In this document: piece after piece, positions 9,610-18,825 of the stretch
Layout of the letters: each line of letters starts with the position of its first letter
Position numbering within the stretch: position 1 is the stretch's first letter
IMG/VR virus record: IMGVR_UViG_3300006802_000105
Span: 1 to 59,753 of that record
DNA: 59,753 nucleotides
Strand: one strand, 5' to 3'
Source: a virus
Lineage: Duplodnaviria; Caudoviricetes
Notes under the pieces: model-generated
The model's input: only the letters and a program-made list of their open reading frames with translations
Databases searched by the model: none
What the model was told of the DNA's origin: nothing
Program-made: the position numbers and the translations under genes

Positions 9610-10188
9610 ATGGCTTTTCAACCGCCCCGGATACCCCTGCGCCCCGCCGAACCGTCGCGGGGAACACGAACCTCCGTACTTTCGCGTGGGGTACAACCTC
9701 CGCGTAGTACGCCTATGCCCCAGCAAGGCTCCGGGTCACCGACAAAGGGCCTCCCACCGCAACTAAGCCCCACACCCCTGCAAGGCTCCGGATTGCCATC
9801 ACCCGGCCTCACGGCGCAGCCAAGCCCCATGCCCCAGCAAGGCTCCGGGTCGCCGACAAAGGGCCTCCCGCCGCAGCCGCAGATGTCTGAATACGAGGCC
9901 GCAAAGCTGCAACGTAACCCCGGCGTGACGTTAGATCAGTTGCGGACCCCGACTCCCGTATCCCCGGAGGCTAAAGTAGCTGAGGCCGCTGCGGCGGCGC
10001 GTAACTACATGCCTAAGCCTTCGTCTTTCGTGTCTCCGGAGGATAAAGTAGCTGGGGCTACCGCAGCGGCAGGTAACTACATGCAGCCCCTTGGAGGGGG
10101 CATGAAAAAAGGTGGTAGCGTCAAGGGGTACAAGGCCGGTGGCCGCGTAACCGGCTACAGGGGCTACGGCATAGCCAAAAAGGTATGA
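9610..10188 (+). CDS. Pro-rich repeat protein with C-terminal MKKGG/YKAGG tag
   Basis: GGAG RBS; two internal duplications; ends GMKKGGSVKGYKAGGRVTGYRGYGIAKKV. Confidence 0.7.
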   Translation: MAFQPPRIPLRPAEPSRGTRTSVLSRGVQPPRSTPMPQQGSGSPTKGLPPQLSPTPLQGSGLPSPGLTAQPSPMPQQGSGSPTKGLPPQPQMSEYEAAKLQRNPGVTLDQLRTPTPVSPEAKVAEAAAAARNYMPKPSSFVSPEDKVAGATAAAGNYMQPLGGGMKKGGSVKGYKAGGRVTGYRGYGIAKKV

Positions 10189-10189
10189 C

Positions 10190-10444
10190 ATGGCTAAATC
10201 CCCGGCATGGCAGCGTAAGGAAGGCAAATCCGAGTCCGGCGGCTTGAACGCCAAGGGGCGGGCGTCCTACAACAAAGCTAACCCCGGTAAGCCGGGGTTG
10301 AAGGCACCGCAGCCTGAAGGCGGGCCGAGGCGGGACTCATTCTGTGCCCGGATGTCGGGCATGAAGAAGAAGCTAACCAGCGCCAAGACGGCGAACGATC
10401 CGAACAGCCGCATAAACAAAAGTCTGCGTGCGTGGAAGTGCTGA
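10190..10444 (+). CDS. Small basic phage protein
   Basis: MAKSPAWQRKEGK...RRDSFCARM...SLRAWKC, a pattern I recognise from other phage head regions. Confidence 0.75.
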   Translation: MAKSPAWQRKEGKSESGGLNAKGRASYNKANPGKPGLKAPQPEGGPRRDSFCARMSGMKKKLTSAKTANDPNSRINKSLRAWKC

Positions 10445-10445
10445 C

Positions 10446-10631
10446 ATGAAAGAGAATCTTTCGCACCTTGGTGATAACGCAAAGCACATCATCGATGTCT
10501 TGTCGATTGCCACAGTTATAGGAACTCTGGCAGAGATGTTACCTTCCATAGCCGCGCTCTTCACCATCATCTGGACCGGAATCCGTATCTGGGAAACCGA
10601 CACCGTACAGCGTTTGTTTGGGAGAAAGTAA
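10446..10631 (+). CDS. Small membrane protein (two hydrophobic segments; holin-like)
   Basis: IIDVLSIATVIGTL and IAALFTIIWTGIRIW with a basic C-terminus; ATG at 10446. Confidence 0.65.
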   Translation: MKENLSHLGDNAKHIIDVLSIATVIGTLAEMLPSIAALFTIIWTGIRIWETDTVQRLFGRK

Positions 10632-10999
10632 TGCCCTCCTCTTCCAAAGCGCAACACAACTTCATGGCGGCTATTGCACACTCACCGTCATTTGCCAAGA
10701 AAGCTGGCGTTCCTATGAGTGTGGGTAAAGACTTCACAGCGGCTGATAAGGGCCGCAAATTTGCAAAAGGCGGTGATGCTATGGCTACCAAGGGTATGAA
10801 CCTGTTCAAGGGTAAGGAGACTTACGGCGAAGAGCTTAAGGAAGCCAAGGCCATCAAGTCCGGCAAGATTACTCCGCAGCAGTACGCGCGGGGTGAGAAG
10901 ATGGAAGAGGCCAAGAAGATGGCTAAAGGTGGTGGTGTAGAGTCCAAGGGTAAAACCAAGGGCAAGATGATCGCTATGAAGAAAGGTGGGAAGTGCTAA
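10631..10999 (+). CDS. Lys-rich protein with three xxKGG motifs
   Basis: FAKGG, MAKGG, MKKGG. Confidence 0.75.
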   Translation: MPSSSKAQHNFMAAIAHSPSFAKKAGVPMSVGKDFTAADKGRKFAKGGDAMATKGMNLFKGKETYGEELKEAKAIKSGKITPQQYARGEKMEEAKKMAKGGGVESKGKTKGKMIAMKKGGKC

Positions 11000-11211
11000 T
11001 GGGACGCCCTACAGACCAAGAGATTAAAGATATCATCAACGCGCCTAAGCTTGAGAAGGCGTATCAAAAATCTTTGACCTCCACCGAAGAAGCCCCTATG
11101 GATACCCCATCCCCCCTGCGGGACAAGATTCGCGGGCAGCGCGGCTACGCCAAAGGCGGCTCTATTGATGGGTGCGCTCAACGCGGTAAGACTCGCGGCA
11201 GGATTTGCTGA
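10999..11211 (+). CDS. Small protein with YAKGG tag
   Basis: TAATG coupling; ends GYAKGGSIDGCAQRGKTRGRIC. Confidence 0.65.
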   Translation: MGRPTDQEIKDIINAPKLEKAYQKSLTSTEEAPMDTPSPLRDKIRGQRGYAKGGSIDGCAQRGKTRGRIC

Positions 11212-11221
11212 AAGGCAATGT

Positions 11222-11743
11222 ATGGGACGCCTTAATAAGCCTGAAATTCCCGGGTATCGGTATCGGTCTCCGGGGCAGACAAATGCAAACGACCTCACGC
11301 CAAATTTGTATGAGGACGTAGTCGCGTCTCAGAGAGCCGATGCCGACCGCATTAAACGCGGCCTAGATACCGCCGATACCCGCCCCCAGAACCGTACGCG
11401 GTCCCAAGAGGCTGGGGGTAGAGCTATTCTTCGTTCGGTAGGCAGAGCAGGGTTAGCTAACGCAGCGCTGCAAGGCGGCTATGATCTGGGTAGGGATATT
11501 GACGAGCGTACCGGGCTTGGAAAAAGTTTAGTTAATAAGTCTAGCGTTCTTAAGTCAATTGCAGACAAACTAGGTAGTAGCAGCCGCGTAGAGTTGTCAG
11601 AAGACGCTAAAGACCGAATTGCCCACGAGGAAAATTCTAAAGCGCTGCGTGACATAGACGCAGAACGTACCGGTATGAAAAAAGGCGGTTCTGTAAAAGG
11701 CTGGGGAATGGCACGCGGAGCGCGGTCAGCGAAAATCGTATGA
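11222..11743 (+). CDS. Hypothetical protein with C-terminal MKKGG tag
   Basis: ATG at 11222 after AAAGG; ends MKKGGSVKGWGMARGARSAKIV. Confidence 0.7.
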   Translation: MGRLNKPEIPGYRYRSPGQTNANDLTPNLYEDVVASQRADADRIKRGLDTADTRPQNRTRSQEAGGRAILRSVGRAGLANAALQGGYDLGRDIDERTGLGKSLVNKSSVLKSIADKLGSSSRVELSEDAKDRIAHEENSKALRDIDAERTGMKKGGSVKGWGMARGARSAKIV

Positions 11744-11988
11744 GACCGTCCCGTGGGATGGGGGCTATCGCCCCCTCCAAAATGCCGAGGGGCACGCGCA
11801 AGGCGAGGCGTGACAATACGGACTTCACGCAGTATGCGGAAGGCGGGGAGGTTGGGCTGTATGCAAACATCAACGCAAAGCGTAGGCGAATCGCTCAGGG
11901 CTCTGGCGAAAAAATGCGCTCTGTGGGGCAAAAGGGTGCGCCTACAGCTAGTGCTTTCAGGCAATCTGCGAAGACGGCTAAAGGGTAA
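11740..11988 (+). CDS. Small basic protein (YAEGG; GLYANINAKR)
   Basis: ATGA-coupled; basic. Confidence 0.7.
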   Translation: MRPSRGMGAIAPSKMPRGTRKARRDNTDFTQYAEGGEVGLYANINAKRRRIAQGSGEKMRSVGQKGAPTASAFRQSAKTAKG

Positions 11989-11991
11989 GTA

Positions 11992-12684
11992 ATGGCAACC
12001 TCTGGAACGTCTACCTTCAACCTAGACCTCAGTGAGATAGTTGAGGAAGCGTTTGAGCGCTGCGGCTCGGAGCTACGCTCGGGTTACGACCTTCGCACGG
12101 CTAGGCGGTCCATGAACCTGCTGTTTGCAGACTGGGCGAATCGCGGGATTAACATGTGGACTATCGAGCAAGGCTCGATCCCACTGGTGCAGGGGACTGC
12201 AACATACTCGCTGCCGGACGCCACCGTTGACCTGATTGAGCATGTCATCCGCACTGGAGCGGGGAGCGTATCGACGCAAGCAGACCTGACCATTACCCGG
12301 ATTAGTGTATCTACGTACTCCAGCATCCCGAACAAGCTGACGCAAGCTAGGCCAATCCAGATCCTGATTAACCGTTTGGAGGCCCCGAGCGTGACCGTTT
12401 GGCCCGTGCTAGATGGGTCGCAGGCGTACACTTTGGTGTACTGGAGGCTGCGCAGGATTCAGGATGCAGGCAACGGCGTGAACACGATGGATGTGCCGTT
12501 TCGCATGATTCCAGCAATGGTGGCGGGCTTGGCGTACTACCTGTCCATGAAACTCCCCGGTGCGCTAGACCGGATGCAGATGCTCAAAGCCCAGTATGAC
12601 GAGGCATGGAACCAAGCATCTGACGAAGACCGCGACAAGGCTGCGGTGCGGTTTGTACCCCGACAGATGTTTATAGGGGGGTGA
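11992..12684 (+). CDS. Putative head-tail adaptor protein
   Basis: 230 aa; alpha/beta pattern with 'GLAYYLSMK' typical of podovirus adaptor/tubular proteins; position. Confidence 0.6.
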   Translation: MATSGTSTFNLDLSEIVEEAFERCGSELRSGYDLRTARRSMNLLFADWANRGINMWTIEQGSIPLVQGTATYSLPDATVDLIEHVIRTGAGSVSTQADLTITRISVSTYSSIPNKLTQARPIQILINRLEAPSVTVWPVLDGSQAYTLVYWRLRRIQDAGNGVNTMDVPFRMIPAMVAGLAYYLSMKLPGALDRMQMLKAQYDEAWNQASDEDRDKAAVRFVPRQMFIGG

Positions 12685-12685
12685 T

Positions 12686-13123
12686 ATGAGTGACTCCGAC
12701 GAAAACATCGTCATGCGAACGCATAAGTACCTCAAGAATAACCACCCCCTTGCGTACGAGGCGGCACAGATTTTTCCGCCGGTTGGCATGACCGCAGCCG
12801 CCCTAGAAGGCGCGGACGCAATAAAAGCCGGGGACTACAACGAACTTGCAAAAGCGGCCCTGTCCGCAATCCCTGTTACTAGGGCGTATCGTGTTGGTGA
12901 CAGAGTGGCCCGGGCGGCAAGAGATGTCGTTGGCTCTGGAACTGCTTTGCAGAAAGCCAAAAAAGTAGTCGGCAAAGCGGGTGCTGGAGAGAACGTAGCG
13001 GAAGCTGGCGAAGCAGGATACAAACAAGGTGAACTGGCAAAAGGTGAGCAGGACTATAAGCGCGGTGGTTCTGTGCGCGGCTGGGGCATGGCTCGTGGCG
13101 CGAAGAAAGCTAAGTACCGATGA
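12686..13123 (+). CDS. Hypothetical protein with C-terminal YKRGG tag
   Basis: Ends YKRGGSVRGWGMARGAKKAKYR, nearly the same as the tail of 11222-11743. Confidence 0.7.
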   Translation: MSDSDENIVMRTHKYLKNNHPLAYEAAQIFPPVGMTAAALEGADAIKAGDYNELAKAALSAIPVTRAYRVGDRVARAARDVVGSGTALQKAKKVVGKAGAGENVAEAGEAGYKQGELAKGEQDYKRGGSVRGWGMARGAKKAKYR

Positions 13124-13476
13124 GTAATCGGTTTACCCTTGGCAATAAGGCTATCGCGGAGTGCGATAGGTGCGGCATTCGAGTCAAGCTGAAAGACCTG
13201 AAGAAGCTCATCATCAAGACGAAGCAGACATCCATAAAGGTTTGCAATGAGTGTTGGGAAGAAGATCATCCGCAGTTGCAACTTGGTATGTACCCGGTTG
13301 CTGATCCACAGGCTGTTCGTGAGCCACGTCCTGATTTTGCTGGGTACGTTCAGAACCGGGACATTCAGTGGGGCTGGAATCCTGTAGGTGGGTCGAAGTT
13401 CTTTGATTCCGTGCTAACGCCAAATACCTTGGTGTCAGTCGGTTATGTTGGTATAGTTACGGTGCAAACCTCTTAG
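13120..13476 (+). CDS. Zn-binding virion-region protein
   Basis: CDRC...CNEC, 'DHPQLQLG...DPQAVREPRPD'. Confidence 0.75.
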   Translation: MSNRFTLGNKAIAECDRCGIRVKLKDLKKLIIKTKQTSIKVCNECWEEDHPQLQLGMYPVADPQAVREPRPDFAGYVQNRDIQWGWNPVGGSKFFDSVLTPNTLVSVGYVGIVTVQTS

Positions 13477-13484
13477 GAGACGAT

Positions 13485-13619
13485 ATGGCTACTCAAGGTG
13501 CAAAGACCGCTCCCATCCAAAAGGGTGGCAAGGGTGGATTCGGCGGCAAAACCAACGAAGACATGAAGAAACTTGGCCGCAATCTGGCTAAGGTCGCTGC
13601 TCAAAAAAGGGGCAAGTAA
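13485..13619 (+). CDS. 44-aa basic protein (not in the ORF track)
   Basis: AGGAG RBS; MATQGAKTAPIQKGGKGGFGGKTNEDMKKLGRNLAKVAAQKRGK; TAATG-coupled to the next gene. Confidence 0.7.
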   Translation: MATQGAKTAPIQKGGKGGFGGKTNEDMKKLGRNLAKVAAQKRGK

Positions 13620-13882
13620 TGGCTACGTTTAGCAAAAAGATGATGGGCAAGGAAGTCGGCAACGCTGCCGTCTACGCCAAGCCGCACACTATGAGTGGTG
13701 GAAAAGTCAGCCTGAAGAACGCTGGGTACGACGGCGGGGATCGCGGCACGCTCGACGACCTAGCAGTATCTGTGGGCGGCGTCCGCAGCCAGCCGTACAA
13801 GGAGCCAAAGACCAACGGCATTAAAATCCGGGGTACGGGCGCGGCTACCAAAGGTGTAATGGCTAGAGGACCGATGGCGTGA
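13619..13882 (+). CDS. Small basic protein with RGxGAAxKG tail
   Basis: Ends GIKIRGTGAATKGVMARGPMA. Confidence 0.75.
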   Translation: MATFSKKMMGKEVGNAAVYAKPHTMSGGKVSLKNAGYDGGDRGTLDDLAVSVGGVRSQPYKEPKTNGIKIRGTGAATKGVMARGPMA

Positions 13883-14532
13883 ACTACGCTGACTTGTGTG
13901 CCAATATCGCTGATATCTGTGAAAACCAATTCACAGCGGACGAGTACAAGCTGTTTACGCAGCAGACCGAGCAGCGCATATACAACACAGTTCAGCTTCC
14001 TTCGCTTCGCAAGAACGTCACGGGGACTTTGACGGCCAATAACAAGTACCTGTCTGCCCCGTTGGACTTCTTGTCCGCCTTCTCTCTTGCCATCATCGAC
14101 CCGGTTACGCAGGACTACACGTATCTCCTGAACAAGGATGTGAACTTCATCCGCGAAGCCTATCCGTCAGCAGCGGATACTGGAGCGCCCCGGTACTACG
14201 CCATCTTTGGCCCCCGTTCTGACCTAGCTAAAGAGTTGAGCTTTATCGTTGGCCCGACTCCAGACGTTGCGTACGCGGCGGAACTGCACTACTACTTCTA
14301 CCCGGAGAGCATTGTCACTGCCAGCGAGACGTGGCTCGGCGACAACTTTGACTCGGCGCTACTGAACGGTGCGCTGGTTGAGGCTATTCGCTTCATGAAG
14401 GGCGAACAGGATATGGTCAAGCTGTACCAAGATATGTACGCGCAGTCCATTGCTCTGCTCAAGAACCTTGGCGACGGCAAGCTGCGGCAAGATGCATACC
14501 GGGACGGGCAGCTTCGGATTGAGGTGAACTGA
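13879..14532 (+). CDS. Putative second adaptor / tail tubular protein
   Basis: 217 aa; 'GAPRYYA...GPTPD...ELHY...ALLNGALVEA' pattern. Confidence 0.6.
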   Translation: MNYADLCANIADICENQFTADEYKLFTQQTEQRIYNTVQLPSLRKNVTGTLTANNKYLSAPLDFLSAFSLAIIDPVTQDYTYLLNKDVNFIREAYPSAADTGAPRYYAIFGPRSDLAKELSFIVGPTPDVAYAAELHYYFYPESIVTASETWLGDNFDSALLNGALVEAIRFMKGEQDMVKLYQDMYAQSIALLKNLGDGKLRQDAYRDGQLRIEVN

Positions 14533-14960
14533 TGGCAATCACCCAAGGCCAGACTGACAGCTTCAAGGCGGAGCTTCCGCAGGCGGTGCATGACCTCCTG
14601 ACGGACGTAATCAAGATCGCCCTGTACACAAGTAGCGCTTCGCTGGATCAGACGACGACCGCCTACACGAGCGCAGACGAAGTTGTAGCGTCGGGGTACA
14701 CCGCTGGCGGGGTGCAGCTTACGGGCGTGACGATAAACACCGCAGTTACCCCGTCGGCGCGGACTACGTATATAGACTTTAACGACGCATCTTGGACAGC
14801 GGCACTTACCGCCCGGGGCGCGTTGATTTACAATTCCAGCAAGGGCGGCAAGTCAATCGCGGTGCTGGACTTTGGGGCTGACAAAACGTCAACCACCACC
14901 TTTTTGGTCACTATGCCTGCCAACGCCGCAGACAGCGCGGTGATCCGAATGGTCACTTAG
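14532..14960 (+). CDS. Tail/fibre-attachment structural protein
   Basis: 'IKIALYT...GYTAGG...ARGALIYN' motif. Confidence 0.7.
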   Translation: MAITQGQTDSFKAELPQAVHDLLTDVIKIALYTSSASLDQTTTAYTSADEVVASGYTAGGVQLTGVTINTAVTPSARTTYIDFNDASWTAALTARGALIYNSSKGGKSIAVLDFGADKTSTTTFLVTMPANAADSAVIRMVT

Positions 14961-14969
14961 GAGCTATAA

Positions 14970-15380
14970 ATGGCAGTATATAACAAGTACACGTCGGCGA
15001 TTGAGCCGCTGTTGGAAGGCATTAACGCGGGTTCGGATGCGTGGAAAGTAGCCCTTGCCGCCACGGTCAACGCTGCGGATACCACGTTTACCCCCGGTAC
15101 GACTGATCTTGCGACGGGCGGTGGGTATACCGCAGGGGGGAATGCTGCTACGGTAACGTCCGCAACTGTGTCCACAGGTATATATACCCTGATACTCAGC
15201 AGCCCCGCTGTGTGGACTGCTACGGGTGCGGGCTTCACCTTCCGGTACGCCATCCTCTGGGACTCCACGACCAGCACCCCTGTCGGGTACTGGGACTACG
15301 GCTCTTCGCAGGCGGTTGCCGCTGGCGAAACCGTTACGGTGACTCTCAACGGCACTACCGGCGTCTTCCAAGCAACCTGA
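14970..15380 (+). CDS. Structural protein, distant paralog of the preceding gene
   Basis: 'KVALA...GYTAGG...FRYAILWD...YWDYG' aligns by eye with 14532-14960. Confidence 0.7.
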   Translation: MAVYNKYTSAIEPLLEGINAGSDAWKVALAATVNAADTTFTPGTTDLATGGGYTAGGNAATVTSATVSTGIYTLILSSPAVWTATGAGFTFRYAILWDSTTSTPVGYWDYGSSQAVAAGETVTVTLNGTTGVFQAT

Positions 15381-15383
15381 TAA

Positions 15384-16745
15384 ATGGCTGATAACGTCAC
15401 TCTCCCAGGAACAGGCTCGGTTGTCGGCACCGACGATGTTGGTGGCGTACAGTACCAGCAGGTCAAGCTGGTCGATGGCACGCTTGATTCCTCCACGCCT
15501 ATCGGCACCAACAGCAACCCGCTGAAGGCCACCGGCCCCGACTGCGTTTCCCTGCTATCGACAACGATTACGGTAGAGGGCGCGTCGGCGTCGATGGACA
15601 CTTCTGGATACGGCGCGGTGGTGGCGCAGATCAGCGGTGTGTGGCAGGGCAATTGCACGTTCGAGGCCAGTAACGACGGGACTGTCTGGGACACGGTTCT
15701 GGTGTTCAGTCGCGACAATTTGTCCTTGCAAGACATCATCACCAGCGGCGGGCTTTTCACCGTGCGCCCGAGCGGTCGGTACTTGCGCATCAATGTGCAA
15801 GAGATAAACGGATCGATGGTCATCAACGCGCTGGGCCGCGCTGCAGAGGGTATTGCTGCTGCAGACATTTTGTCGCTGGCGATGGATCGGCAGAACAATA
15901 CGCCGCTGAATGTCTCGCTGCTGGGCACAAAACAAGACGCTCAGGGTGCGTTGATTCCTAGCGATGCGGCGGGGCCGTTTTATGCGACAGCAGTTGGGGC
16001 TATAAATTCAACCGTCATTGACACGCAAGGCTATCCATCTTTGACAGTTTCTGCGGTTGTTGGCGCTGGCACCGTTCAAGTTTATTTCTCTGATGATCAA
16101 AGATCATGGACAAATATTGTTCCAGCCGTTTACGGACAGGCAACCGGAGTAAATATGCCCAACGGAGGCACAGTTAGTGTTTCCGCAACAACTCCTTTAG
16201 TTGGTCAATGGCCGTGCGTTGGGCGTTACGCGCAAATACGATTCGGTTCTGTAACAACCGCACCCTGCACTGTTGTGGCCTATCTTCGCGTACATCCTAC
16301 GCCACAGCAGATCGGCTTTAACGTAGCCGGGGGTGTTACCAATGTTTCATTGAGTGCCAGCACAACCTTGCTAGGTGATTTTGGACTTCAATATCGCGCA
16401 TCTGCCACGGGCGCCGCCACGATCAGCAAATTTACCGCAGCAGCAACAACAAATGCTGCAAGCATTAAAGCATCTGCGGGTCGCGTGATTGGCTGGCACC
16501 TGTACAACACGACCGCCAGCGCCAAGTATTTTCGATTTTTCAACAAAGCATCGGCCCCAACGATGGGGACAGACTCGCCTGCCTTTGTGGTGGTAATTCC
16601 GGCCAACTCACAAGCGTTCAGTCAATACGCCGGTGGGCTTGCATTCGCCACTGGCATTGCCATCGCGTGTACGGGCGCGGTGGCCGACTTGGACACAACC
16701 GTCACTGCTGCGAACGATGTTCTCGGCGCATTTTTCTACGCATAA
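15384..16745 (+). CDS. Beta-rich virion protein (fibre/spike)
   Basis: 453 aa; repeated beta-sandwich modules (...GRYLRI, ...GRYAQI). Confidence 0.65.
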   Translation: MADNVTLPGTGSVVGTDDVGGVQYQQVKLVDGTLDSSTPIGTNSNPLKATGPDCVSLLSTTITVEGASASMDTSGYGAVVAQISGVWQGNCTFEASNDGTVWDTVLVFSRDNLSLQDIITSGGLFTVRPSGRYLRINVQEINGSMVINALGRAAEGIAAADILSLAMDRQNNTPLNVSLLGTKQDAQGALIPSDAAGPFYATAVGAINSTVIDTQGYPSLTVSAVVGAGTVQVYFSDDQRSWTNIVPAVYGQATGVNMPNGGTVSVSATTPLVGQWPCVGRYAQIRFGSVTTAPCTVVAYLRVHPTPQQIGFNVAGGVTNVSLSASTTLLGDFGLQYRASATGAATISKFTAAATTNAASIKASAGRVIGWHLYNTTASAKYFRFFNKASAPTMGTDSPAFVVVIPANSQAFSQYAGGLAFATGIAIACTGAVADLDTTVTAANDVLGAFFYA

Positions 16746-16760
16746 CGAAAGGAGAGCAAT

Positions 16761-17384
16761 ATGCTTTCGCAAGGACAAGTAGGACCAATCACATCTACTG
16801 CAGACGGTGTACAGGTTGCTTTGCGGCAAGGCAAGCTGGGCGACCAGATCGTCAGCGAACTGCACGGCCGTTACTACGAAACGTGCTATCGCCGCAATCA
16901 GTTTTTTGCGGCAAACCCCACGGGCGTTACAACCGTTGCGTTCACCTCTGGTACGACCACGGCTCTGCTTGGAGTATGTGTGTCGAACCCGGTTGGATCG
17001 TCAATCAACTGCGTTCTTAACAAGTTTGGGTACTCATTTCCCGTGATAAACACTACGGTGAATGAGGTGCTGCTGGCCGTTGGTTATAACGCCGCAACAA
17101 ACGTCACGCATACGACCGCTTTGACGACCCGCAATGGGTTTATTGGAGTTGGGGCCGCATCAGTTGCCTTTGCGGATGCGTCGTGGACATGCCCAACAGC
17201 CCCGAATACTTTGATGCTGCTTACGTCCATGCCATCAGCAACCACATTGCCTGCTGATACATACGGCGACTTTGAAGGCTCAATTATTTTGCCGCCCGGT
17301 GCATATGCCATGATTATCACAAGCGCGGCATCGGCGGTATCTGGTTTCAAGGCCAGCCTCGGCTGGGAGGAAGTCCCGGTATGA
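16761..17384 (+). CDS. Virion structural protein
   Basis: AAGGAG RBS; ends 'IILPPG...LGWEEVPV'. Confidence 0.7.
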   Translation: MLSQGQVGPITSTADGVQVALRQGKLGDQIVSELHGRYYETCYRRNQFFAANPTGVTTVAFTSGTTTALLGVCVSNPVGSSINCVLNKFGYSFPVINTTVNEVLLAVGYNAATNVTHTTALTTRNGFIGVGAASVAFADASWTCPTAPNTLMLLTSMPSATTLPADTYGDFEGSIILPPGAYAMIITSAASAVSGFKASLGWEEVPV

Positions 17385-17707
17385 GTCTGAACTACGACGG
17401 GTCTCAGGTCGGCGTACCCTATGTCCGCGCGCCGCGCATCACCATCAACTACGCAGCAGACCGACGCACCACCGCGACCATTGAGCAGGCGCTTGCCGTC
17501 AAGCTGGCAGACGGAACGGTGCGAAACATTGAGCCTCTGCCGCCCATTACATGCGAGCTGGACTTCGCTGCAGACGGCGACACGCCCGTGCCAATGATCT
17601 CGCCCGACAACGCCGCCCCGCTGGGGACGGACACCACGCTCAACCAAGCGTTTTTGGCAGTGCTTGCCATCGTCCACGACCGGCAAATAAAGGCCGAGCA
17701 GGCTTAA
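17381..17707 (+). CDS. Putative fibre-associated/chaperone protein
   Basis: ATGA-coupled; paralog of 21087-21401. Confidence 0.65.
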   Translation: MSLNYDGSQVGVPYVRAPRITINYAADRRTTATIEQALAVKLADGTVRNIEPLPPITCELDFAADGDTPVPMISPDNAAPLGTDTTLNQAFLAVLAIVHDRQIKAEQA

Positions 17708-17725
17708 AGTTAAAGGAGCGGCAGT

Positions 17726-18817
17726 ATGTCGCTGCTGCTTTTATTTAACCAACCAGCAGGCGGGGCGTATGTCCTCGCAGGCGATACTGGTAACTATTCG
17801 GTAACGGGCCAAGCGGCCACGCTGCTCCGCAGCACGCTGGTTACCTCTGACAGCGGCGCGTACTCCGTTACTGGGCAACCGGCGACGATTACTAAGTCGC
17901 GTATCCTTACCGCTGATAGTGGGTCATACCTCCTTAGCGGGCAAGCGGCTACGCTGCTGCGTTCCAGAGTCCTGATTGCGGAAACTGGCTGGGCCACCGG
18001 GGCTTGGGGCCAGAACGTATGGAACGTAGGTGTTTGGGGCGGGCTACCAAGTACTGGCTACAACCTAACAGGGCAAGCGGCTACTCTTAGCAAGGGGAAG
18101 TCCTTAGTAGCAGACAGTGGCTCGTACGCAGTTAATGGGCAACCGGCGACGATTACCAAGTCGCGTATTCTTGTCGCCGCCAGCGGCTCGTACTCGGTCA
18201 ATGGTCAGGCAGCTACCCTTAGCAAAGGAAAGACCCTTGTAGCCGCCAGCGGCTCGTATTTGGTCAGCGGGCAGGCAGCTACGCTGCTGCGTAGCAAGCT
18301 ACTTACTGCCGCCAGCGGCTCGTATTTGGTCAGCGGGCAGGCGGCTACGCTGCTGCGTAGCAAGCTACTTACTGCCGCCAGCGGCTCGTATTTGGTCAGC
18401 GGGCAAGCAGCCGCTCTTAACAAAGGGAAGACCCTTGTAGCTGCCAGCGGCTCGTATTCAGTCAATGGTCAGGCAGCTACCCTTATTAAAGGCAGGGCGA
18501 TATCCGCCGCCAGCGGCTCGTACTCGGTCAATGGTCAGGCGGCTACCCTTAGCAAGGGGAAAATACTAGCTGCTGAGAGTGGTTTGTATGTTGTTGTCGG
18601 GCAGTCGGCAACGATTCGACCGCGTGTCTGGGAGCCGATTGACGACACCGAAACCGCTAACTGGGTGGATATAAACAACACGCAGGCACTGGGTTGGGTG
18701 GATATAAGCACTCCCCAAACCCCCGGGTGGACGCCTATAATTGGGGAACCGGCTCCGTCATGGAGCGACATCGACGACACTGAGACTGCCGACTGGCAGG
18801 AAATCCAGACCGTTTAG
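17726..18817 (+). CDS. Repeat-containing fibre protein
   Basis: About a dozen ~22-aa repeats (AASGSYxVxGQAATLxK), a GW-rich patch and C-terminal W-x-x-I repeats. Confidence 0.75.
   Translation: MSLLLLFNQPAGGAYVLAGDTGNYSVTGQAATLLRSTLVTSDSGAYSVTGQPATITKSRILTADSGSYLLSGQAATLLRSRVLIAETGWATGAWGQNVWNVGVWGGLPSTGYNLTGQAATLSKGKSLVADSGSYAVNGQPATITKSRILVAASGSYSVNGQAATLSKGKTLVAASGSYLVSGQAATLLRSKLLTAASGSYLVSGQAATLLRSKLLTAASGSYLVSGQAAALNKGKTLVAASGSYSVNGQAATLIKGRAISAASGSYSVNGQAATLSKGKILAAESGLYVVVGQSATIRPRVWEPIDDTETANWVDINNTQALGWVDISTPQTPGWTPIIGEPAPSWSDIDDTETADWQEIQTV
18178..18560 (+). repeat. 66-bp tandem coding repeats
   Basis: GCCAGCGGCTCGTA...GGCAGCTAC units recur, some nearly identical. Confidence 0.85.
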
Positions 18818-18825
18818 GAGCAAGT

